From positions 21,888 to 85,887 of the IMG/VR virus record IMGVR_UViG_3300028887_000099: a DNA stretch of 64,000 nt. The stretch is one strand, 5' to 3'. This document shows, piece by piece, positions 45,083 through 56,048 of the stretch. This DNA comes from a virus (lineage: Duplodnaviria > Caudoviricetes). Each line of letters begins with the position of its first letter. Within the stretch, counting starts at the first letter, position 1. The translations under genes and the position numbers were made by a program. Below the pieces are notes generated by a model, which saw nothing but the letters and a program-made list of their open reading frames with translations, did not search any database and was not told the DNA's origin.

Positions 45083-45811
45083 TTATCCCTTTCCCTCCCA
45101 ATCTATAATTTCTACTTTAGGAGCCTAAATATCACTAAAATATTTGCCAATTCCAATAGCATCACATTCATCTTCGGTAGGCATAATTCCATACCATTCT
45201 TTTACAAGTAACTACATACTCCTTTTTCTGTCCACTCTACTTTTTCCTTTTACTCCACAATGAAGGCGCCAGGTATTTACATGAACAACTTTGTAACTTT
45301 TTTTCTCTTCATAACAAGCTTCCATTAAAATCCCTTGAAGGTGTGCTAAAATTTCAAAAGTAATTACTCCCGCAGCAGCCTAATATTGGATTCCTTCTAA
45401 TCCAATAAAATCAATTTCATACTAATCAATTAATGATATAAGCCACTATTTTACTTGCGCGCAGCGTTCAATTTCATTATCTCCAGTAGCTTTAAAACTA
45501 CCATAATCAATTAACTCTTTATTACTAAAAACAGCATATCCTGTTATATAGGTAGCCTAATCAAGGGCAAGAATGCGATATTCATTTTTTTTCTTTTTTG
45601 TATTATGAAACTCTTTTGTTTTAAGCTGCGCGCGCATACACATTGGACAAATTCGATTTTCTCGAATTTTTTTCCAAGGTGCAATTACTGTATGGCCTTC
45701 ATTACAACGAAACTCTAAATTAGAATCTAGGTTTTTATATGTTTCACTTATTAATATCCATTTGTCAGGCTGGATTGCCTCTTTTATATCTTCAATAGTT
45801 ATACGTGGCAT
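45083..45811 (-). CDS. RuvC-like Holliday junction resolvase with N-terminal Zn-ribbon domain (242 aa, TAG=Gln)
   Basis: ILALD-(TAG)-AT...TGYAVF, FIGLEGI, DECDAIGIG RuvC catalytic motifs once TAG is read through. Confidence 0.8.
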
Positions 45812-45816
45812 ATTAT

Positions 45817-46704
45817 TTAATTCGTGCCCGTTGAACCGAACCCTTCTCCATGATTATTTTCAAAATTACCAATGCTTGATACAGGTAACCAATTTACAAG
45901 GGGGACTTCTATTAATCTCATTTGTGCGAAACGTTCCCCTTTCCCAATTGTAAATGAAGAACCAAATTGTGTTCCGTCATGAATTTCACCATCTATTATT
46001 TCCATTCCGATTTGTTTAATTGGGGCATCAATATTTTCAATTAATACTCCAATTTCTTCATGATAATCACTATCAACAAGACCAGGACTGTTAGGAATTC
46101 GGAATTTAGTTTTACGGCTTAAACCAGAACGAGGTTGAATTAATAAAGCATAACCTTTTGGAATATTTACTTTCAAGCCGGTTGGAATCATAATGGATTC
46201 ATTAGGCCCAACAGTATATTCTTTTGGAGAATATATATCCATCGCGGCTGACCCATTAGTTGCATAAGTAGGAAGTTTTGCATCTTCACGACAAAGTTCA
46301 ATAGGAATTGAAATTATACGATGTGAAACTTTTTCAGATTCATTTATAGTATTTATAAAAGTTGTAAAAATAAATTTTAAAAAATCTTTTTTACTATCTG
46401 AAATTTCAGTATCTTCTACTGTAAAATCACTAATTGCTTGAACTAAATTATCTAAATTATCTGTAAAATCTTCTATCTTTAAACCACGTTGATTTATCAT
46501 TTGAGCAAAGCTTATACGAGCCTCCGGTGTATTAAAAGCATTAGCAATACTATCAAATAGGGCAGGTTTAACTGCTTCAAATTGTTCATCAGGCGTCGCA
46601 AGAATTGCTGCTATTACTTGAAGACCGTCACTATTATCATCTTCAAGTACATTTCCTATTGAATTAAAAAGTTCATCAAATACATAAAATTTATTTTCGT
46701 CCAT
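45817..46704 (-). CDS. dut: trimeric dUTPase with long N-terminal extension
   Basis: SAAMD, PRSGLS, GLVDSDY, ERFAQ and GFGSTG motifs. Confidence 0.93.
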   Translation of the reverse strand: MDENKFYVFDELFNSIGNVLEDDNSDGLQVIAAILATPDEQFEAVKPALFDSIANAFNTPEARISFAQMINQRGLKIEDFTDNLDNLVQAISDFTVEDTEISDSKKDFLKFIFTTFINTINESEKVSHRIISIPIELCREDAKLPTYATNGSAAMDIYSPKEYTVGPNESIMIPTGLKVNIPKGYALLIQPRSGLSRKTKFRIPNSPGLVDSDYHEEIGVLIENIDAPIKQIGMEIIDGEIHDGTQFGSSFTIGKGERFAQMRLIEVPLVNWLPVSSIGNFENNHGEGFGSTGTN

Positions 46705-46715
46705 AATAACTCCTT

Positions 46716-47189
46716 TTACTCATAGTATTTAGCATATTGATTATTAGATGCTAAAGTTACTCCAAGAATTTCATCATATCGGTTAGGTGCATTTGGTATA
46801 AATCTATCAAACTTTATGATAAGATTTCCTACTTTTTTTAGTTGTTCTACTTTTGAATGGATTTCAATTTCTTTATATCCAGTATAAATAATAATAATAT
46901 CATTACTAAAGTCACGAAACAAATGACACAACCATTCAAGATCATCAAAACTATCAAAGGGTTCTAAGCCACCACAAGTAATACCTTTAGTAAGAGGATT
47001 GGCTTTATATATATCAAAAATTTTAGTTAATGGTATATCAATTAATGGTTGTTTAATTAATTCACTATTTTGACAATTTTTTGAAGCAAAATCAAGATCA
47101 CATTTAAAATTACAATAAGGAAAAGCAATAAAAAGCGTTGGTTCTTTATAGTTTATAATATCGTAATCAGTTAATCCCCGAATTTTCAT
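46716..47189 (-). CDS. nrdG: anaerobic ribonucleotide reductase activating enzyme
   Basis: Next to nrdD; CNFKC...C cluster motif and TCGGLEP. Confidence 0.8.
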   Translation of the reverse strand: MKIRGLTDYDIINYKEPTLFIAFPYCNFKCDLDFASKNCQNSELIKQPLIDIPLTKIFDIYKANPLTKGITCGGLEPFDSFDDLEWLCHLFRDFSNDIIIIYTGYKEIEIHSKVEQLKKVGNLIIKFDRFIPNAPNRYDEILGVTLASNNQYAKYYE

Positions 47190-49098
47190 TTACATCCATC
47201 CACTTTCTCATTTTAAATTCAGCTTTGCGCTCTTTTGAATAAGTCTTTATAGGGGTATAAAAACCTACAATTCGAGTGTATTCAGTTTCTACTGGTTCAC
47301 CACAGATTGGACAAATCTTTCCATAAAATGCGTGATTATGCTTGCAGGCTTGTATTTTGGTATTAAAAGCAAAATAAGTAACTCCCGCGTCAGAAATATA
47401 ATTTAACATATCCCAAGCATTTTCAAATCTCTGGAACGGTGCATCAATATTTACATGAAGAATTGAACCGCCATTACAATACCCATCAAATAGAGAGGCG
47501 ATTCTTACGCGTTCTGCAAGGGTCGTCTTAATACCAAGAGGAATAAATTGATTTCCATAAAGAGGCAAATCATCAACCACGGTTCCAGGATACATCAATT
47601 TGTCTTTCTTCATTAGCTTCGCGGCCGCGCTCTCACCAGGAATTTGCTCGGTATTTACCATATAATCTTTATCAATGCAGAAAACATCTTTAACGTTGCG
47701 AATGGTATCAAAAATTTTCTTGCCGAAAGCCGCAGCTTCATCTTTATAATAGGTATTACCAAGCTCATCTTGATACGTATATCTAAAAGCTTTCATAGTT
47801 TCATAAATACCAATAAAACCAATTGTATTATATAAATGCTCAAAGTCTACCATACCAAGGCTAAAATTTTTAAGGAGACCTTTATCTACATTACGTGTAA
47901 TAATGTGACGAACGCAATCAAGAACTTCGAGGTCTAATTGAACCATATCACGAAGTGCAGTTAAATAACTTTGCTCTGTCTTATTTTCTAATGCAAGACG
48001 CGCGAGGTTAATAGTTGAGACTTTGACTGAACCAACTTTAAGAGCAGAGCCTCCAATACTATTAAAATATCCAAGGTCTTCAATATTTGATTTTAATCTA
48101 CAACAATTACTTAAACTATTAACACTATCGTCAATAAAAATATTAGAATCATTCCATTTCATGTTATGACGAATAGCCCAGATTGCAAAATCTTTATCAT
48201 TAAATTCTCCGTTTTGCTTAAGAAGAGAAATAGTTGATACTGGAAATGTCATCATATTATGAGAACGAATTTCGCTCATGGTTTCCAAATATAATTTCTG
48301 AAAATTCATTATTTCTTCTATTTCATCAATCATTAGTGTCCCATCAGGGAAGATTGCGCCGCCGAAAAGAGCAATAAGATATTCATGGTCAAAAACACTA
48401 GTATTAGTAAAAGCAGACTGAATGCCACCACGCAAGAAAGGCTGATTAAGAGCATATATAAGACGTTGGATATGTTGCTCTGCGTATTTTTGAGGCGAAA
48501 TAGTAAAATAATTATTCCGCACATCACGACTCCAGAAATAATACATATAAGGGATAAGATTCGGCAAACCAACGGCGCCGCTTGAACGATTGCAAGCATA
48601 GCTAACAAACTCCTTTACAAAATCAATAAAAGTTCCAAGATGTCTTGGTGGCTCAGCATTAAAATTTTCAATAAAATATAAACCTTTTTCTGCTAAATCT
48701 TTTAGATCATATGCAAAACAATAATGTATAAAACTAGTTGTATTTGCATCATGCATATATAAATGGCCATTCCATTCATTTTCTAACCATTCATTAGCTC
48801 TTTTGAAACCATATTTTTTATTCATTTCGTGATAAATCTTATTAAATGCAAGTAATTTTTGATGAGGTTTTGGCATTTCATTCATTAAAGTGACAATATC
48901 TTTTTGACCAACATTAGCATTACCATCTACTGATGCATCAGCCACTGTGTCTTCATCAACAAAATTATCAATAAAATCAGTATAAGAAAGTTGGCCATCT
49001 GAAAAACCATTTATTGCAGCCATTTCTTCTCCATATTTTTCTTGCATTTTATTATATTGAGTGGTAAAATTTTTACTAAGACGAATGTTAATATTCAT
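47167..49098 (-). CDS. nrdD: anaerobic ribonucleoside-triphosphate reductase (class III)
   Basis: HLYMHD, SNCCRL finger loop, C-terminal CPICG and YTRIVGFY glycyl-radical loop. Confidence 0.93.
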   Translation of the reverse strand: MNINIRLSKNFTTQYNKMQEKYGEEMAAINGFSDGQLSYTDFIDNFVDEDTVADASVDGNANVGQKDIVTLMNEMPKPHQKLLAFNKIYHEMNKKYGFKRANEWLENEWNGHLYMHDANTTSFIHYCFAYDLKDLAEKGLYFIENFNAEPPRHLGTFIDFVKEFVSYACNRSSGAVGLPNLIPYMYYFWSRDVRNNYFTISPQKYAEQHIQRLIYALNQPFLRGGIQSAFTNTSVFDHEYLIALFGGAIFPDGTLMIDEIEEIMNFQKLYLETMSEIRSHNMMTFPVSTISLLKQNGEFNDKDFAIWAIRHNMKWNDSNIFIDDSVNSLSNCCRLKSNIEDLGYFNSIGGSALKVGSVKVSTINLARLALENKTEQSYLTALRDMVQLDLEVLDCVRHIITRNVDKGLLKNFSLGMVDFEHLYNTIGFIGIYETMKAFRYTYQDELGNTYYKDEAAAFGKKIFDTIRNVKDVFCIDKDYMVNTEQIPGESAAAKLMKKDKLMYPGTVVDDLPLYGNQFIPLGIKTTLAERVRIASLFDGYCNGGSILHVNIDAPFQRFENAWDMLNYISDAGVTYFAFNTKIQACKHNHAFYGKICPICGEPVETEYTRIVGFYTPIKTYSKERKAEFKMRKWMDVNENSGIN

Positions 49099-49295
49099 TA
49101 TTGACTATTCACCCACTTAATAGCATTAACAAAATTATATATAGTGCCATCTACATCGAGAATGGGTGCAGATTTAAAACCCAAATCTTTCATTTTTTCT
49201 TGGTCATCACAAATAGTATATTGAATATTTTTTTTATTTAATTTCATCTCTAAAGCTGCACATTGAGGACAATGTGTACTATAAAGCGTTATCAT
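49098..49295 (-). CDS. glutaredoxin-like (NrdH-like) protein
   Basis: LYSTHCPQC...SAPIL thioredoxin-fold motifs. Confidence 0.85.
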   Translation of the reverse strand: MITLYSTHCPQCAALEMKLNKKNIQYTICDDQEKMKDLGFKSAPILDVDGTIYNFVNAIKWVNSQ

Positions 49296-49498
49296 TTAGT
49301 TACCTCCCTACTTCCACACCATTTACAAATACCATTTTCATATTCATGCCCAAAAATAGTCCCACATGAAATACGTAAACGTACAATTTCATCAGACAAC
49401 TTACTAATTTCTTCTGTTAAGATAAATTTATTTATTAATTCATCTATACGAGCTTGGTTTGCTACAATTTTAGAGTGTAGTTCTTCCTTCCCATTCAT
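49292..49498 (-). CDS. hypothetical protein
   Basis: 68 aa with C-terminal CKWC; ATGA overlap. Confidence 0.6.
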   Translation of the reverse strand: MNGKEELHSKIVANQARIDELINKFILTEEISKLSDEIVRLRISCGTIFGHEYENGICKWCGSREVTK

Positions 49499-50609
49499 TA
49501 ACTAATTTTCCTCCTTGTTGAATTACTGCAGGTACACTATAAAACATATCAAAGACTTCATAATTATGAATACGTATGTATTGAAAAGCGGCGCGCATTT
49601 CATCTTTAGATACTACTAGATGTACCCAAGGTAGCATATCCATATATGCTACTTTTCGACTAGAACAATAAGCATATAATGTTTTTTGCCGAGGACGGAA
49701 ATCTTCTAAAAATCCTTTACCATAAAAACAATTAATTAATTTCATTAAATTTAAAAGTTCTGGAGTTTTAAAAAATTCGGTGTCAATATTAAGTAAAATT
49801 TTCTATTTATTCTTTCGTAAAAATAAAGCTTGTTTATAAATTTCTGGTAAGACTCGTATTATAAAATCATTTTCATCAGAACACTAATATGTAAAGTTAT
49901 AAACCAATTGACGTAAAGACATAGAAGGCTCAGCTAACAATTCTATTATCTATTCATCTGTTAATAATCCATTATATTGAAGATAAAAACAACCACCCAT
50001 AGGGTAAATTGTAAGCCATTTTTTTAATATATCAAAGTTATATATTTGTATAGGGTATTTATTTCCTATATGATATTTTAAACCACGAGGGCGCGCATCC
50101 ATAATTTCTTTTATCATATCAAAAGCATTTGGTAAAGTGGCAATATCATAGTCATGTAAAACTACGCATGGATGACGAGGGCGCAATCTCTAAAAGGGGA
50201 ATTCTAAGTAAGTTTTACCATCTAAAGATAATCGTGCATGAGTTGCAGCAATTAAAGTTTTTATTTGAACTGCATCCTATTTACGTAAACCAAAATATCT
50301 ACTAAAACGAGTATAAATTTCAAAATCAGGCTCTATCATTTCCATTTCAATATTAAATGGTTGGTAGATTGATGAGAAGGCGCGCCCTCCATAAGTTACA
50401 GTAGGCATTAAAATAGTTTCATTATATAATCCATCATCATATTCTTTTCTAAAGTAGGTTTTAGTATATATTGTAGGATTAAGTTCATCATGAAAAACGG
50501 CAATATTTTTATTTTTCTTTTCATACGCAGCTAATTTTGCACATTCTAAATTTGGGATTACTCCGGGGTAATGGAAGTAATCATAATCATAAATTAAAAT
50601 TACTGCCAT
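49470..50609 (-). CDS. hypothetical protein (379 aa, TAG=Gln)
   Basis: Track fragments 50277, 49950 and 49470 are one frame joined by TAGs; ends in TAA. Confidence 0.7.
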
Positions 50610-50611
50610 TA

Positions 50612-53600
50612 CTATACCTCAGTTCTTTCAGATTTAATGATTAAGTGAGAATTGTCTAAACCTATAATTTGTTCTACTTTATGATATGGAGTTCTACTAT
50701 ATGTCTTTGCTACAAATGCATCTTCTTGGCGGATACCAGTTATGATAATTTTATTTCCTCTTGTGAAGATGGACTTTTCAATGATATGTTTCTTACCATC
50801 TGCGCCTTTTACAGAAATTTGTTTATCATACTGTTCAAAAACACCACCAAAGATTTTTACAGTCACAACTCCAGTTGTGGTTAAAAGAGACACTGTTTTC
50901 TTTGCTTTATCACGGTCTAAAACTGTTCCTGCAATACGATATAACTTAAAGATAGGAACTTGTTTGCCTTTGATGGGGATGACGCGCTCTACATCTGGAG
51001 TTTCGCTTAACTCAAAGAAATTCACAATTCCATACAATTCAAGATCGGCTGCGACCAGTTCGTGATCATGTGAATAGAATGAAACCGCATCCATTTCCCA
51101 CTTACTTAGATTGCCAAGACAATATTTGTTCCAGACATCACTTGTAAGCTTGTCGTTGATTGCATTGAGTAGCTGTTCTTGGTTCTTTTTAATATATGGA
51201 CGGATTTTATCCATATGTTTTTGATAGATGTTATCCCACTTTGTTTGAGAAACTTTAAAACCACTTTCAGTTTCAGCGGGCAATAACATATCAATATCAA
51301 AATTTTCAGAATAAAAGTTAAATGCAATATTATCTAATCCGTAATAGTTACTATCTAACTTTTGTTTCTTCAAATATTTATTAAAGTTAAATACTTTACA
51401 TACAAAATCAAATTCATTTGGAAGCAACTTAAAATCAATTAACATCTTCATATTTTGAAGAGTGACTCGTTTTTTCGTATCACTAATCATATTTACATAT
51501 TGATGCATTAATTCTACTCGGTCGCCAAATCCGTCGAAGGCGCCCGACTTAATGAGATTAATCATTTGTGCTTTATTGACTTTTACTTTTGAGAGGAAGT
51601 CATTAATGGAAGTATATGGACGATTAGAAATAATTTGTTTGACTATTTCTTCTCCAACTTTTGTGATGCCGCTAATACCATAACGGATTATATTTGCTTC
51701 CATATCTGGTGAGAATGTATAGGTAGATTTGTTGATATCAGGTGGCTCAACATTAATACCACTCATTCTTATCTTACCAATTGCTGTGGCGATTTTCCCA
51801 TAATTTACAGATGAGGTTTTCTTTTTCTTTTTAACTGCTTTAGGTTCATCTTCATCTTCATCTTCATCGTCTTCATCGTCAGAAGAGAAGTCTTCCATTT
51901 CTGTATATGTCTCTTCGACTTGAATAGTTTCTTCTTCTTCTTCCAATTCTTTTTCATCACCGCCTGCATCTGTAATCAAACACGCGCAGTTCCAAAAGAT
52001 AATTGGATATTTATATGCAAGATTCATTTCTTGAAGAGCAATTAAGCTATATGCAAGCGTATGAGATTGATTAAATCCATATCCACGGCTCATTGCAATC
52101 AAAACACGCCATACATATCTTGCAAAGTTTTGATTAATGCCTTTTTCTTTTGTTACTTCAAAGAATTCTTTTGTAAGTGCATCATAATCTTTTGGGTTTT
52201 TCTTTGCAATTGACTTACGAAGTTTATCTGCCCAAGTTAGACTGAAACCACCAAGTTCGGGAAGCTGTACAAGCTCCATGAATTGTTCTTGTGCAATACA
52301 GAGTCCATAAGACATACCCAAAACTGGTTCAAGTATCTCATGTTCTTGCGCGCCCAAGCCATATTTTTCCATTTCTCTATCCCACTCAATAGGATTGGCT
52401 TTAAAGCGAGCAAGTTTTTCAGTTGGCATTTCTCCACCTTTTTCTTGCGCCATTAGACGAATTGTAGAGTTGAGAATCGCCAAATCGTCAACTGATGTGG
52501 GTTTGAGAGTTGCGATACCGCTAATACCGGATTGTTTTTCCATTTGGAATAATGACTGAATCTCGTGATTCCAAACCATTTTCCACATCTTAGGATCATT
52601 TCGTTCTATATTATAAATACCAATTATATTTTCATAAGTTTCTTTGAGAGTGTGCTCGCGTTTAATTAGACCTGCATCACATAATAAGTCAATGCAATTA
52701 TGGATTTTATCCATAGCTTCAACAGAAAGTGCGTCATATTTGATAAGTGATACTGCTTCTGCATCATGCAATTCAAATTGCGTACAAATTGTACCATCAG
52801 GTGCGCGCATTAAAGCGGTAGAGTTTGTGAATGGTTCATCAACAAAGATAACACCACCTGCATGAACCCCAGAACCACAAATTAATCCTTCAATTTTTTG
52901 TGCAACTTTCCATAATTCTGGGTAATTCTCCATTTCAAATATAAACTGCTTAATGGGTTGGAAGCCATTTTCTTCATCACTATTATAACATTGGGACAAA
53001 GTCCTCAACATACCGCGATCAGCAGGAATTAAACTTGCGATATATTGCGCTATATCTACATCAATTCCAAGCCCGCGCGCAGCTGTAAGGATAGCTGATT
53101 TGGATTTTTCTGTGCGGAATGTAGCTACGTTTGCTACTCTATCTTCTCCATAATATTTACGGAACGCATTAAGGACTTGCGTACGACGTCCACCTTCAAT
53201 GTCAAAATCAACGTCAAGTACACTTACACGATCAGGATTCAAAAATCTCCATCTAAAAGTTCTTGTGTTTTCTCTTAATGGGTTAATTTGTGTAATATCC
53301 AGGCAATACAAAAGGATAAAACCAACACCCGAACCACGTCCACAACCAACAAGACTACCCGCCTCCCAGCAAATGTCAATAATATTTTGAAGGTTTAGAT
53401 AATATGCACTCCAGCGAGCTTTATTGACTTCAGATGATACCCACGTGTCTTCCAGGCAAGCATTTATTTCATCATATGCTTCTTTACATTGAAGGTCTGG
53501 ATGATGCTTAATTCCATCGAGAACTGCATTTACTAAATATCTGTCTGCTTCATATTTTGAATCATAAAAAGTTTGAAGCATTGGAATATTTTTAAACCAT

Positions 53601-54593
53601 TCTTCATAATCTGTATAATAGGTCAATACAGGTTTCCATTTCAATGATGGAATTTTGAGTGGGCGCAGTAGACTATAATCTTCAATGTTTTCTTTAATCT
53701 TTAAAATATTTTGGTATGCAGTTTGAATTTCATCTTCTGTAAAATATTTAAAGAAAGATTCTAATTCTTCTGTACCCATCATATAAGTAGTTGCATAGAA
53801 ATCATCAACTTCGCGATCGCCATTCTGTGCATTAAGATATGCTTTATGAACAACTCTATCCTCTTTTTTCAAATAATGAGAATCAGTTGTAATAATATAG
53901 GGGATACCACTAATACCTGCAATTTCTAGCAACTTTTTATTAACATAAATTTGGTCTTTATTTTTACTTGGCTGCATTTCTAAATAAAAATTTCCGCGAC
54001 CAAATAGATTGGCCATCTGATCCACCCAAATACCAATTTTACGCCCTAATTCTGCATTTTGGGTATCTCTATACTTAAGTAATTGTGTTGGAAGTGCACC
54101 ACCAAGACAAGCGGTGGAACCAATTACATGGCCAGGATTTTCGCCGATGATTTCAAACAAATCATTATAATATGTTGGAACACGTCTCATGCCGCGTGCC
54201 ATATAACTACGCATCCATGCGCGCGTTGAGATTTCACGAATTTGCTGCGCGCCGATTGCATCCTTCGCTAGAAGAATAAAATGATAATATTTATCATTTT
54301 CTTTATTATAGTTATTAGCATTTAATCCATTTCTACAAAGATAAATCTCATTACCAAGAATGACTTTAAGGTCGGGATATTTTTCTTTGAGCTTTTTGGC
54401 TGCACTTTCAGCCTTAACCTATCCACTAATACTTTCGTGGTCAGTTAAGGCTACTACTTTATGTCCAAGTTCGCCTGCATAGTTAAATAATTCATCCAAT
54501 TTGTTGATGCAATCGCGCAAACGAATATTACTATAGTCAGAGTGGTTCACCCTAGTTATGAAGACTACCAGGGTATTCAAGTTTAGTCTTCAT
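50612..54593 (-). CDS. dnaE: DNA polymerase III alpha subunit (DnaE family); N-terminus interrupted by a 10-nt insertion (54545-54554) and one in-frame TAG (54419-54421)
   Basis: PHP motifs (LHN/HSDYS, LTDHE, GNEIY, GSTACLGG, TTDSHY), GRGSGVG, LDVDFD, GVHAGG, YGFNQSH. ATG 54593 with RBS encodes MKTKLEYPGSLHN; the rest resumes in a different frame at HSDYSN. Confidence 0.9.
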
Positions 54594-54692
54594 CACTTCG
54601 CATCACCTTCCTTTCGATATTCATTACGAATATTAGAATTATAATTGTGGAAAGTCCCAAATTTTATTCTCTTTCTTCATTTTTCTAATTAT

Positions 54693-54721
54693 ATTATACC
54701 ATAAATTTAAGAAAAAATCAA
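54693..54721 (-). promoter_or_regulatory. sigma70-type promoter for dnaE
   Basis: TTGATT-17-TATAAT with TG. Similar - strand promoters at 60965-60993, 63366-63394 and 63732-63760. Confidence 0.75.
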
Positions 54722-54722
54722 A

Positions 54723-55223
54723 TTAAATTTGTTTCCAATAATAAGCCAAATTTTTATTTCCATAAATTATTTGATAACCTGGGTAACGCTCTTTAAATAA
54801 TTTAGGTGTTAAATTATCTTGTAGATGAATTTCCGCATTATTACCATAAATAGCACCTTGTTTATAAAGATAAGGTATAGCTATTAAGATTGCTTTTGAG
54901 TGATGTTCTGCTTCTTGTACAGCATATTGTGCATCTTTTACAGTTAAATGCTCTAAAACATCACCAAAAATAACTAGATCATAATTTTGTGGGTAAACAA
55001 AATCACAAATATGTTGTTCATATACATAATTATAATTTTTCTTTAATGCTTCTGCTGCATCATGCCATATTTCAACTGCAGTCCATTCATAATTATTACC
55101 TAATATATTATAATATGTTCCGCTCCCTGCACCCATATCACAAATTTTCATACCAGGTTTTAAATAACGCTGTAAGAAAGTTTTAATTTCTGCCTTCCCC
55201 ACCCAAGTACTTGTTCCAAACAT
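54723..55223 (-). CDS. class I SAM-dependent methyltransferase
   Basis: Motif I ICDMGAGSG and YDLVIFGDVLEH. Confidence 0.8.
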   Translation of the reverse strand: MFGTSTWVGKAEIKTFLQRYLKPGMKICDMGAGSGTYYNILGNNYEWTAVEIWHDAAEALKKNYNYVYEQHICDFVYPQNYDLVIFGDVLEHLTVKDAQYAVQEAEHHSKAILIAIPYLYKQGAIYGNNAEIHLQDNLTPKLFKERYPGYQIIYGNKNLAYYWKQI

Positions 55224-55294
55224 GTTTCACCTCAAACCTGTAAGCCATTTAAGCCATATAATAATAATAATAATTAAAAAAATCCAAAACATTG

Positions 55295-55981
55295 TTATTC
55301 CTCATATTTCCATTTATAACCATATGCTGTTTTACTTTTACCATTTCCAGTTGCTGCGCAAGATATATTTCCCGGTGAACCATGTACTGCTTTTGCTGCT
55401 TCTGCTAAACTATTAAAAGAAGTAATATAATTGTTGTTCAAATCATATTGATTAATTTTTTTTCTACGTTTCTTAACACCTTTTTTTATAATTTCTAATC
55501 TTTTTTCATATGTTCGTTGTTCTATTTCTTCTTTAGTAATACCTAACGACAACAATTGCTCTCTTATTCTCTATCCGGTTGCACCATACTATTTATAAAT
55601 TTGTGTCACTGTTAAATGTAAATCGTTCCAATAATGTAATATTTCTTCTGTTGTAAAATAAAATGGTTTTGTATAATTACGTCCACCATAGGTTATATTA
55701 TATCCATGTTCGAGTACATGGCTCTATAATTTATTAATCCAATATTTTTCTTTTTCATCCAACTCATCAATACTACATTCTTCTAAAATTTCATAATTAA
55801 AATTTTCAACTCCATATTTTCTTAATGCCTAGTGAAAAATACTACTATCATTTTTCGCTTTATCATTATTAAAAGCGGTATTAATATAAAGATGATAACG
55901 TCTATTTAACTATTTACTCTAACCAATATATCTTTTTCCATTTAATTTGTTAGTAAAACAATATATACCAATTTTATCCAT
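55295..55981 (-). CDS. free-standing GIY-YIG homing endonuclease with NUMOD1-like C-terminus (228 aa, TAG=Gln)
   Basis: GIYCFTNKLNGKRYIG-(TAG)-S; FHQALRKYG; C-terminal INQYDLNNNYITSFNSLAEAAK...GNISCAA...TAYGYKWKY. Confidence 0.88.
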
Positions 55982-56048
55982 CGTACTCACCTCTATTTTA
56001 AAGTAAAATTTTAATAAAATAACTTTAAGAAAATGATTTATTGAAATT

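Noticed and set aside
51830-51960. Intein or insertion element in dnaE at the acidic low-complexity stretch
   Set aside because: No Cys/Ser start or His-Asn end motifs; reads as a disordered acidic/basic linker.
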